A stretch of DNA of 64,000 bases from Octopus sinensis (GCF_006345805.1 NW_021836290.1:136001-200000); one strand, 5' to 3'. Shown: positions 24,681 to 35,532, counted from the first letter of the stretch. Numbers and translations: made by a program. The notes: a model not told the origin generated them from the sequence alone.

Positions 24681-24822
24681 AGAAAATTGTTCTTTTTTTT
24701 CCGTGTTGCTTTATTTCATGTAATAGTCGTCCATGCTTCCTACACTTTCTCTTTGTTATTTCCTCTTTTTAGCACTAAAACAGTAACCAAATTTCGAATA
24801 TTACTCTATTGTCTTATTGAGC

Positions 24823-24831
24823 CTTTGGTAG

Positions 24832-24902
<71 letters not shown>

Positions 24903-25516
24903 ACACACATACACACACATATCTGTATGAGTGGACAAACGAAAGAAAAAAACACCCTCTCTCTCTCACACACGCACACATACATTCAGAAGCATTAAAT
25001 GATAATGATAATGATAATGTAATCAAACGTCCATTCAAAATTATATCTTGAACTTTTTGATCATAATTCTCTTAATCATAATTAACATGGAGCTAAAGGA
25101 CAACAAATATATATTACATAACTAACATTAAATATGTTTTTTTCTAATTTCAGAGAGAAAATCCGACAAGTAAACCACCTTTCGGTATGTTTCATGTTTT
25201 AATATCTATCCTACAACTCCATTGAGGTTGCCTTTGTCTTTCATCCTGTCGGAGTCGATAACATAATTACCAGTTGAGGACTGGAATCGATTCACTCGCT
25301 CCACCGAAATTACTGGCCTTGTTTCAAAATTTAAAACCAACATGTGTCCTTATTTGTGTTTCACCTATCATTTAATGCTTCTGAATGTATGTGTGCGTGT
25401 GTGAGAGAGAGAGGGTGTTTTTTTTCTTTTGTTTGTCCACTCATACAGATATGTGTGTGTATGTGTGTGTGTATGTGTGTGTATGTGTGTGTATGTGTGT
25501 GTGTGTATATGTGTGT

Positions 25517-25581
<65 letters not shown>

Positions 25582-25590
25582 CTACCAAAG
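24823..25590. repeat. Inverted duplication (arms 24823-25004 and 25366-25590) bracketing exon 2
   Basis: The unique parts of the arms differ by about one substitution and one indel; the (CA)n lengths differ. Confidence 0.9.
25154..25184 (+). CDS. Putative 31-nt coding exon 2 (RENPTSKPPF + G of Asp)
   Basis: tttctaatttcag| acceptor and |GTATGT donor; phase 0 to 1 exactly joins exon 1 to exon 3 in frame. Confidence 0.6.
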
Positions 25591-25779
25591 AACAACTGTA
25601 GTTAATAACCTTTTCAGTTGACATAGGAATGGAATTTGACCCAATGAATAGTTCGTATTTGATTTTTGAATGTAGACAATCGGTTCCCCAGATCCCAAAC
25701 CTGTACACCAACAGTCTCTCTACTTTTCTTGTTCCACGCGAGGAATTCTACAAAGGTGTCGTGAATACTTTCTAAGTAT

Positions 25780-26060
25780 TTAAAGTTGCTGCTGCATGTT
25801 CCACATCTGCTATCTCCACATCTTTTCATGGAAAATTCTGATTCATTCTCTGATGTGAATTTTGCTCGTGTGAGGTAGGGTTTTTTATCAATCAGATTTT
25901 TCATTTTGGAGCTTTGTAGAAGTATAGGTAGGTTTGATTTTATGATATGAAAGATGTTGGCTAGCCAAGGATTGTTCGTATTAATACATGGAATCCTATG
26001 TTCATTATTTTTCTCCTTTTATGTCCTTAGTTTTGAGATGATCAGCCTCATTGTCTTTTT
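25780..26060 (-). mobile_element. Penelope-like fragment in intron 2
   Basis: RIPCINTNNPWLANIFHIIKSNLPILLQS..LTRAKF..MKRCGDSRCGTC (thumb and Cys linker). Confidence 0.65.
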
Positions 26061-26171
26061 AATTCCCAAATATATTGATAGGTATACAATGAAAAAAGAA
26101 GAGTAAGAAAAAAATGCTTTGTAATGAAATTTCAAGGAATTGACTACATCAAATTGAAAAAGAAACACACA

Positions 26172-26267
<96 letters not shown>

Positions 26268-26617
26268 TAAGTATTATATATATCCGTTCTCCATCCTTTA
26301 TTATCATTTTTTCTTTCTTTCTTGATTGTCCTGAAACCTCCCTCTCTATCTATCCACCCCTCTTTGCTTTTCTTTCTCTTTCACATCCTTTTTCCAAAAA
26401 ACAAAAACAATATTCTTCTCTTCTAAACAAACCAGAAACACCTCCGATCCATAGAAATGCACAACGAAATGTTCTTTACCATTTTGATTTTGCCTTGATG
26501 AGTTCGAAGTACGAACGAAAGCGATATTAAAGGATTATCCAAAATTCTGACTGCCTGCTTTTTCTCAGTATACAATATCTGTACATCACTTCAAACGCTC
26601 TATATATTTATATATTG

Positions 26618-26830
26618 AGGGTAAAGACCCACTTCGGTAATGAATGATCATGGGATTTGCACCTAGAAACTTCCCCTCCGAGGGCACTTTCTACAGCTGA
26701 ATGAATTGGAGCAACGTGAAAATGAAGTATCTTGCTCGAGAAAACAACACATAGCCCGATCCGGGAATCGAACTCACTACCTCATGATCGTGAGCCCTAT
26801 GCTCTAGCCATTGAGCGAGGCGCCTTCACA
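26618..26830 (-). mobile_element. tRNA-derived SINE (head type B, tail Y) in intron 2
   Basis: Minus head ggcgcctcgctcaatggctagagc..gagttcgattccc; central tgagcaagatac..ttcacgttgctcca shared with 38611. Confidence 0.75.
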
Positions 26831-26920
26831 TTGTGTGTGTGCTTGCGTGCGTGTGTCCGTGCGTGTGTGTGTGTGTGTGTGTAGCATTAATTGTAATTAT
26901 GAAAAATATTTACCTTACAG

Positions 26921-26998
26921 ATTTTCGGTCTGGTGCCGTATATACGCATTGGGGAAAACGAAATTGCACTTCTAAAAGATCTCACCAAGTCTATTCAG
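26921..26998 (+). CDS. Coding exon 3 (DFRSGAVYTHWGKRNCTSKRSHQVYSG)
   Basis: ttaccttacag| acceptor and CAG|GTAAGC donor; 78 nt, phase 1-1; G-x-x-Y-x-x-W-G-x-x-x-C motif typical of the domain start. Confidence 0.9.
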
Positions 26999-27395
26999 GT
27001 AAGCATATATAATGCTTCACCCCAACATTGGTTATTTATGTCTCGAGAAGTTCCACACTATAACACAACCCACTTCTAGATTACTAAACGTCACAAATAG
27101 TTTCTCAGAAATAAAACTCGAGACATGGATTTTACTCGAGGTACTTTTTTTTTAACAAATTTTGATTCGTCTTCTGAGAAGAAATGTGTGAACGTATAAC
27201 TAATCAACTCTTAATTCACTAAAATCTCATATTTGTTTATCAACGATAATTAATGAATGTGAATTAGAGTGATCGCTATATGGAACAATTATTCACCATT
27301 GCACTCATTTTTGGTGTGATGTCGATGGTAGATGTAATTTGATTCATTAGTTATTTCAAAAATAAACACTGACATTTTCTCATATTTGTTGACAG

Positions 27396-27898
27396 GTGTT
27401 GCTGCCGGATCGTTTTACTCATACAGTGGAGGCGGAAGTAACTATCTATGCCTTACAATGAAACCTCAATGGGGTAATTTCACAAAAACTTTTGAACACG
27501 CTGCCACTATATACGGTGTTGAGTATGAGGTATCAGACAATAAGAAAAGTCCGAAATTTGGAATGTTTGCACCTAAACCATACACTTTGCAAAATCAAGA
27601 CGTCCCTTGTGCGGTCTGTGAAACAAAAGAACCTGCTTCAGTAATAATGATTCCTGGTCGAAAAGAATGTCTGGGTAATTGGAAAATAGAGTATTCAGGT
27701 TATTTGATGACAGAACATTATAGGCACGCAGGTAGAACTGAATTTATATGTGTCGACAAAGAAGCTGAAGCTGATAATTCTGGCTACCAAAATCAGGATG
27801 GTGCTCTATTGTACCACGTACAAGCTATTGTTGGTTCGTTGCCAAGTCCTCCATACGAGAACTATAGAGAGTTAACGTGCGTTGTGTGTAGTAAATAG
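27396..27898 (+). CDS. Terminal coding exon 4 of the short-chain collagen C4-like domain protein
   Basis: ttgttgacag| acceptor; GGGSNYLCL, IYGVEYE, DVPCAVC, MIPGRKEC..WKIEYSGYLM, EFICVD, GALLYHV, ELTCVVCSK*. The joined CDS is 735 nt (244 aa). Confidence 0.92.
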
Positions 27899-28044
27899 TC
27901 AGGTTTCTTTCCTCCTAAAATCTATATTAAATATTCACTCACATACGGATGTGTATAACTTTTGTTAAACATGTACAATAATAATTACAGCGATAGCAAT
28001 TTAATATGTTGTTTCAAGGGGTATGTAGGCATGCATGTATGTAT

Positions 28045-28257
<213 letters not shown>

Positions 28258-28269
28258 AGAAAATAGTCA

Positions 28270-29625
28270 AAAGTGAAAAAACTACAGAAGGCTTGTTTTA
28301 AAAGGTTAAAAAATATATTTGAGTCATTATGTTAGAAGAATGTTATAAAATTTTTTCATACAGTGACATAGTTTTTGAAGAAATTACCGGTTTCGTGTTA
28401 ACTTTTCAAATTTCTCAAAACATCGTGTTATGTCTTCGTTATGAAGTGTAAAGAAGAGTTCCAGGTAAGGGGAGGTAATAAGTGATTTCTTCCGGCGTAA
28501 GGGAGATAATCGCTTTATATTTATTTTCCCTTTTATTTAATGGGGTGAGTTTCTATGTATAAGAATGTTAGAGTGGTTAAGTTTGGGCTTATATTTTTCA
28601 ATGAAGACTGTTTCCTTGTTTAGTCTAATTTGTGTTGGTGTTCCAATAGCACATTGATAAAATGGAAAGATTAAAAATTGTGGTAGTAGTTGCTTTGCGC
28701 ATTTCTCAATATGCACACTAAGGGGTATCATTCTGTATTCTGGGAATGCAATCTGTTGTCGATGCAGTGTGCATCTACGTCTGAGTGATAGTCCCGTGGA
28801 CCCCACGTAGTTTTGGTGGCAGCCCGAGCATCTTATGACATAAATTATGTTTTCAGAAGCACAAGTAAAATTAGATTTGATCTTGAATTTTTGTCCCTCT
28901 TTGAAGAGGAATTCTGATCCTTCTAGAAGGTTTGGGCATGTTGCACAGTTTGGTCTACCACATTTTTTTACTTTTGCATCCGTAATTTCAGAAAACAATT
29001 TTGCCTTTGTGAGAATCTTTTTAAGTGATTTAGGTTGTTTGTAGCTTTTAATGATTTTATGTATGTTTAGAATTTCCTTTAATTTGGGGTCCTTATGAAG
29101 TATTGGTAAATTCTGGGTGATGATGGTGAAGGCTTCTTTGTTTTTGGGGTTGTATGTGGATATGTAAGGCAGTATTTTCGGGGAAGGTGTGTTGTTGTGT
29201 TGAACTTTTCTCATGAATCAAAAAGTAGGTATTGTTTAGCGTCTCTGGCTTTGTAAAGAATGTCTATTTCTATTTTAAGGTTAATTTTTTTAATTAGTAT
29301 ATCTAAGAATGGAACCTCCTTTTGGTTGTATTCCATTGTGAACTGTATATTTGGGTTGATGCTGTTCAATAGGTTTTTGAATTTTAGGAGTTTATCTGTG
29401 TTTTCATTCCAGAATATAAAACAATCGTCCAGGAATCGTTTCCAATTCTCTTTTATGTATTGAGAGAGGGGGTTTCCAAAGGTCGATAAAGATTCCTGGT
29501 ATACAATTATTTCCAGGTAGCCCATTGTTAGGTTCGCAATGACTGGTGCTGGCCTTGTACCCATAACAATTCCGGATTTTTTACGGTAAAATGTATTGTC
29601 AAACATGAAGTGGTTATTATGTAGG
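28270..29625 (-). mobile_element. Neptune-type Penelope-like element, 5'-truncated and internally deleted (RT + Cys linker + GIY-YIG + 3' region)
   Basis: GIVMGTRPAP..NL.MGYLE, WKRFLDDCF, QFTME..VPFLD; CGRPNCATC; NIIYVIRCSGC..YVGSTG..RCTLHRQQI; the 3' side abuts (TA)n. Confidence 0.88.
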
Positions 29626-29672
29626 ATGTATATACATACATACATACATACATACATACATACATACATACA

Positions 29673-29722
<50 letters not shown>

Positions 29723-29855
29723 GAAAAAATGCATTGTGAATAAACAATGACAGGTAAAAACCGAAACGTAAAAGACTTTTCCATTTTTCCCGAGTGTTAA
29801 TTAAATATACTGATTGTTGCTCCTACACCTGTCTTCGTCTTTAATTTTTCTATAA

Positions 29856-29914
<59 letters not shown>

Positions 29915-29919
<5 letters not shown>

Positions 29920-30341
29920 CAACTGGAAAATCCTGGAGGGTCTTGTCCCAAACTTTGGCATTCAAAGTTACCCCAACCGCAGAACGGGGCGCCACTGCAT
30001 GGTGCCAAGGATTCCAACATCACCATCAAAATACAGGTCCAGATACTGCAACAGCTTGGGTTTCAGAGGACCACAGCCCTTTAACACCCTCCCTAAATGC
30101 CTGAGAGACTTACATGGTGTGGATGTGGGTTTCTTTAAAACTAAACTGGATCTCTTTTTGTCGGGAGTCCCAGATGAACCTACCTCACGACAGGAGACAC
30201 AGATACGGGCAGCAGCATCGAACTCCCTTGTTGATCAAGTGCCACGTATCAGAGGTGGATTCACAAATTAGTGTAGCTCATTCAGCGGTGGTGCCCCAGC
30301 ATGGCCGCGGCCTTCGGGCTAAAACATTTTTAAGGATTTAA

Positions 30342-30345
<4 letters not shown>
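29915..30345 (+). mobile_element. 3' end of a CR1/L2-group LINE with stem-loop tail, between (TA)n tracts
   Basis: WKILEGLVPNFGI..TGRHCMVPRIP..NSLGFRGPQPFNTLPKCLR..FFKTKLDLFLSGVPDEP; tail ggtgccccagcatggccgcGGCCttcgGGCT. Confidence 0.8.
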
Positions 30346-30387
<42 letters not shown>

Positions 30388-30871
30388 CATAAGACATATT
30401 TTTAAAAATAGAGTGTATAAAAAGTCTTTATACACAAAGAGGATACCATTGACAGGACTCTTTACATGCCAAAAAGCCCAGTTAAAACTCAAACCACGAA
30501 AAGCGAATTCGTGAGATACGCCATTATAATACTAGAACGAAAAAAAAATGAAGTAGTTAATCCGGAACTCGAGTTTCACTATTAATTGCCAAATAAACTA
30601 ATTTGGAATCTTTAGCTCGTCAGCGGAATCGCTAATTATTAAATAATCATGTAGTTGCAAAGCATGTAAGGAGTCTTGTCAATGTTCCCCTCTTTATTTA
30701 TAAAACATACAAGAACTATAGTACTTATTCAATCGATCTTTTGACGAGCCACTAAGTTACGGGAACGTCAACACATCAACATCGGTTGTCAAACAATGGT
30801 AGTGGGACAAACATAAATACCCAAACATATGCATATATATACATATACATATATACGGCAGGTTTCTTTCA

Positions 30872-30929
<58 letters not shown>

Positions 30930-31126
30930 GTTTAAAGAAAACAGAGAATACACATAGAATATTCACTTTTTTAATCATTGTGCAGACATATTAAGTTCCG
31001 CTTTTTGCCGACGTTTCAGTAATTTGTTACTTGAACTTTAATGTGCTTTGTGAAAATAAATTTCGTACAAATTTTTTGCAAACGGACTTATATATATATA
31101 TGTATATATATGTTTATATATATATA

Positions 31127-31455
31127 CGAGCAAAACGCCCCCCGTCCAATGGACGGTGCTGAGTTGTCAAACATTTAAACCAAATTTTCTCAAAACAACT
31201 TGTCCCGCCGTCCCATAGGCCTCCCCATTGAGAAATACTGATTTAACCTAAATTTGAGACACCAGCAAAAGAACAAATAAAGATAGACTTTTTTTCTATT
31301 CCAAAGAAAAATGATTTTATTTACACAAATATGCAACCGAAGAGTTTATCGATCGCATTCTCACCTGGAATCGATTTTTGTTATTTTTTCAAGACTTATG
31401 CACGCCCTGATAGAAGACAGACGCACAGACAGACAGAACGGATTTTATATAATAT
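31127..31455 (-). mobile_element. Short non-autonomous Helitron (third family) in (TA)n
   Basis: Minus strand starts ..tattatataaaatccgttctgtctgtctg and ends with hairpin CCGTCCattGGACGG then ..ttgCTCG^T (CTAG variant). Confidence 0.6.
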
Positions 31456-31479
31456 ATATATATATATATATTCTTTTAT

Positions 31480-31685
31480 TTCAGTCATTTGACTACGGCC
31501 ATACTGGAGTACCACCTTTAGTCGAACAAATCAACCCCAGGGCTTATTCTTTGTAAGCCTAGTACTTATTATATCGTTTCTGTTGTCGAACCGCTAAGTT
31601 ACGGGGACGTAAATACACCAACATCGGTTGTCAAGCGACGGTGGGGACAAATACAGATACACAACCATATACATACTTATATATG

Positions 31686-31718
<33 letters not shown>

Positions 31719-31790
31719 TCACAAGGCTTTGGTCGGCCTGAGGCTATAGAAGAAGACATTTGCTCAAGTTGCCATTTAGTGGGACTGAAC
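31480..31790 (-). mobile_element. Abundant SINE copy (tail, microsatellite, truncated head)
   Basis: Similarity to 55696-56143. Confidence 0.75.
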
Positions 31791-32090
31791 TCCCACTAAG
31801 TGGCAACTTAGTGGGAGTTATATATATATATATATAAAATAAACGAAAACTAATTTCTGTGTGTCAGTGTGTCACATTTAAATTCCCGTTCTCACTATTC
31901 AATGACACTCCTACTATTCCTCGTGATGGGGTGAGAGCAATAGAAGGCATAGAAACGGTGAGGGTGGTGGCGAAGACAGACAGAAAGAGAGAAAAAAGGA
32001 AGGATGAGAAAGAGAGATAAAGAAATTTAAAGAAAGTTGATGTTTTTATTAAAAGCACTCGTGTTGATGGTGTCATTGGGAGTAATAATA

Positions 32091-32170
32091 AGAGACTGAG
32101 TGGGTATGTGAGAGACTGAGTGGGTATGTGAGAGACTGAGTGGGTATGTGAGAGACTGAGTGGGTATGTG
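32091..32170 (+). repeat. Perfect 20-bp tandem repeat x4 (agagactgagtgggtatgtg)
   Basis: Direct inspection. Confidence 0.95.
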
Positions 32171-32901
32171 AGAGAGAGAGGTACTGGCTACTGAACTAAC
32201 ATGCTGAATAACATACTGAAGGAACGCACATTTAGCCCTTTTGAGATTGTAATGGGGTGATAGTAATAGTATGAGCTGTAATTGTGATAGAGGTAGTGGT
32301 GGTCAAGGATGATAGTGAGAGTAAGCGATGTGAAAGACTGTGGTGATGGTGGTGACGTCAGAAGTCTGAATGGTGTGTGTATGGCAGTTGTGGTAACGAT
32401 GGTGGTGATACTGGTGATGGTTGAAAACAATCAACAGAGAGAGAGAGAGAGAGAGAGAAGGAAAGAAAGAGGTTAGAACAAAAACTGTACTGAGCCCCGG
32501 AATGGGAAGACAAAAATTGTTTATCCTGCAGCTTCACAATAAGTTCCAAGTCGACAAATTATATCATTGTTCCGATGAGAATTATTCATTGCTTGAAAAA
32601 TATTGGTCAATCGGGATAAAATTTAATATGTACCCAATGTAGGAAATGTCATTGTTGAGCCCAAGGCCTAATGAAGAGCCCTCCACAGGAGCTAGCTTAA
32701 ACACTTTTCTATTATATATATGTATATATATAACGTAAGGGGTATCAGCCATCTGAATGTGGCTAGCCACTGGGGGTGGGGGTGTTACTGATGCTTTTAG
32801 CCCCAGGCGATCAACGTCACCAGAAGGACTTTAGACACTATCTCAGTGTCCTTGTGTTACTTGCAAAGGGAGGTCATCCTCCCTCGAAGACCCGAGTACT
32901 A

Positions 32902-32946
32902 CATACGGACTATAGTTTCAAGGTAATTGCCTCTCGTCAACGCATG
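32902..32946 (-). ncRNA. Type I hammerhead ribozyme motif (inverted duplicate in the left arm)
   Basis: CAUGCG-UUGACGA-GAGG caauua CCUU-GAAA-CUAUA-GUC^-CGUAUG; its single difference from the + copy gives a G.U pair in stem I. Confidence 0.75.
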
Positions 32947-33093
32947 GTAAGCACTGGTCTTCGATGAAGAGATTCTCGTTCAGAGATTTATTATTGTTTT
33001 CAGACAGTTTTTCTACATCAGTGACAGTGGTTACTGTGAAAAACATTATATATTACTTGCGAGGGGACTCCTTCATCGAAGACCAGTGCTTAC

Positions 33094-33138
33094 CATACGT
33101 TGACGAGAGGCAATTACCTTGAAACTATAGTCCGTATG
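33094..33138 (+). ncRNA. Type I hammerhead ribozyme motif
   Basis: Stem I CAUACG/CGUAUG, core UUGACGA, stem II GAGG/CCUU, GAAA, palindromic stem III ACUAUAGU, GUC^ site after 33132. Confidence 0.8.
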
Positions 33139-33354
33139 TAGTACTCGGGTCTTCGAGGGAGGATGACCTCCCTTTGCAAGTAACACAAGGACACTGAGAT
33201 AGTGTCTAAAGTCCTTCTGGTGACGTTGATCGCCTGGGGCTAAAAGCATCAGTAACACCCCCACCCCCAGTAGCTAGCCACATTCAGATGGCTGATACCC
33301 CTTACGTTGTCGAGCGGTTACTGTTTATATCTCGTTCAGAGATTTATTAGTTTT

Positions 33355-33429
<75 letters not shown>

Positions 33430-33440
<11 letters not shown>

Positions 33441-33724
33441 TAAGGGTAGAAATTGATATTTATCAATTAAGACCAGTGGTCTAGCATATTAGAAAAAAAG
33501 AATCCGAAGATTAAAATATTTATATACCAATTAAGGACTGAACACGAAAAGTGGACAGTCAACATGCTAGATATAGATGTCAAATCGGCATTCTCCACAA
33601 AAGATTATGTTCTCAGATCAAACTCAGCACAAAACCATAGCAATAAATAAGTGAAAATATAATGGCGATTTGACGTCTATATCTAGCATGTTGACTGTCC
33701 ACTTTTCGTGTTCAGTCCTTAATT

Positions 33725-33732
<8 letters not shown>
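33430..33732. repeat. Third fold-back element (67-bp arms 33521-33587 / 33666-33732) between (TA)n tracts
   Basis: Arms differ by one base; 78-nt spacer. Confidence 0.85.
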
Positions 33733-33784
<52 letters not shown>

Positions 33785-33785
<1 letters not shown>

Positions 33786-34257
33786 CAATAATAAACCTCT
33801 GAACGAGATGTAAACAGTAACCGCTCGACAACGTAAAGTATACTAGCCATCTCAATATGGCTAACCACTAAGGGTGGGTGATACTGTAGCTTTTAGCCCC
33901 AGGAGATTATCGTCTCCAGCTTTACTGTTTACATCTCGTTCAGAGATTTATTATTGCTTGCAGACAGTTTTTCGAAATCAGTGACGGAAGTTACTGGGGA
34001 AAAACAATAAGTATTTGCAAACAGGTCTCCCTTCATCGAAAACCGGTGATTGCCGTACGTTGACAAGAGGCAAATACCTCGAAACTGCACTCCGTGCGTA
34101 TCACGTAGGTTTACGAGAGAGGGATGACCTCCCTTTGCAAATACACAGAAAGTGTGCCTAAAGCCAGCTGGAGACGATGATCTCCTGGGGCTAAAAGCTA
34201 CAGTAACACCCACCCTTAGTGGTTAGCCATATTGAGATGGCTAGTATACTTTACGTT
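33785..34257 (+). mobile_element. Hammerhead-bearing ~345-nt element, copy 2 (diverged subfamily), with nested fold-back
   Basis: Forward unit 33922-34257; 33830-33921 is inverted to 34166-34257 and 33785-33820 is inverted to 33922-33957; (TA)n on both flanks. Confidence 0.8.
34054..34098 (+). ncRNA. Type I hammerhead ribozyme motif, copy 2
   Basis: CGUACG-UUGACAA-GAGG caaaua CCUC-GAAA-CUGCA-CUC^-CGUGCG; U3-A8 variant; position 16.2 is mismatched. Confidence 0.7.
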
Positions 34258-34323
34258 ATATATATATATATATATCCGCCAATGCGGTGTTGAGCACTGA
34301 TTTCATCGTGCTACATTTATGTG

Positions 34324-34374
<51 letters not shown>

Positions 34375-34377
<3 letters not shown>

Positions 34378-35497
34378 GTTAATCCAAACAAGAAAGCACA
34401 AAAAAACACAACAACGCGAGGACGTGGAACAAATATAGTATTATTGGATGCTCAGGAAAGAAGGAAAGAAGGAGGGTTTAACGTTTCGAGCGGAGCGTCT
34501 TCGTCGGAAACGTAGGAGAAGGAAAGTTCCAGAGAAGGGAAGACAGAGAAAAAAAATCGCCAACGGTACACACGAGGTCACATTTTGAAAGACCGGAAGG
34601 AAAAGGCTGAAGAAAGATGTTTTCAAAGACAGAAGAGTAGTATAGTCAAAGACAGCAGAATGTTAGGAGGGGGAATGTGTGTGTAAGTGTGGATATGTGC
34701 GTGCGCGGAGGTCTGCGTGTGTGTGTGTGTGTGTGTGAGTGTGTGTGTGTGTCTGTGTGTGTATGTGTGTGTGGTTGTAGCTGTAAACAAAGGGCTAGTA
34801 GTAAGCTTGGCTAGTTTGTAAGAATAAGGATTGGTGTTTTTGTCCCTGCCACAGGTCAGCACTGTTACTTTGAAGTATGTGTGTGTGTGCGTGTATGTAT
34901 ATGTATCGTGTGTGTGTTTTGTTTGTAGTACGTGTGTGTATGTATGTGTGTGTTCGTGTGTGTATGCGTAGAGTTTGGGAGTGTGGCGAATAACTGTGCT
35001 TTACTTAGTGTATGTGTGCGTGTGTGCTGTACGTGTTTATGTGTATATATATGTATGTGTAATTGTGTGCGTGTATGTATAATTGTGTGCCGTGTGTATG
35101 GGATGTATGTGTGGGTTCATTTGTGTGTGTGTGTGTATGTATGTGTGTGTGTCTGTGCCCATGTGTGTATAAATGTGTGCGTATCTGTATGAGTATTGTT
35201 TGTTGGAGGTATATGTGGGCATCTGTGCTGGTGTGTGTGTTTGTACGTGTGTATGTGTGTGTGCGTGTATTGTATATATATATATATGTGTGTGTGTGTG
35301 TACGTGCGTGCAAGTGAATGTATGTATACATGTTCGTGTGTGTACAAATATAGAGGTTTATATGTGTGTATATATATGTATGCAAGCACACACGTTCTGA
35401 TTGAAAGATTGATGGAAAAAAAATTGGTGTGGGTGTATGTGAATCCACAGGCACACACATACATACACTGACGCACGCCTGCAATACAGCCAACCCC

Positions 35498-35532
<35 letters not shown>

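Larger units (their letters stand above)
32732..33352 (+). mobile_element. Hammerhead-bearing ~356-nt element, copy 1, with 238-bp fold-back arms
   Basis: Arms 32732-32969 and 33071-33308; tctcgttcagagatttatta repeats directly at 32974 and 33330; (TA)n on both flanks. Confidence 0.8.

Noticed and set aside
29747-29771. Hammerhead-like relic ATGACA-GGT aaaa ACC-GAAACGTA (similar relics near 28390, 31005 and 62880)
   Set aside because: The CUGANGA box is broken and stem I is absent; probably dead PLE pLTR remnants, so not called.
32091-32170. CRISPR-like short repeat array
   Set aside because: Contiguous tandem units with no spacers, in a eukaryotic context with no cas genes.
32776-33264. Identical 63-aa ORFs on opposite strands
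   Set aside because: A by-product of the 238-bp palindrome; no protein features.
32732-34257. DIRS/tyrosine-recombinase interpretation of the inverted arms
   Set aside because: The internal match to the terminal extension is direct rather than complementary, arm lengths differ between copies, and no RT or YR coding remnant is present.
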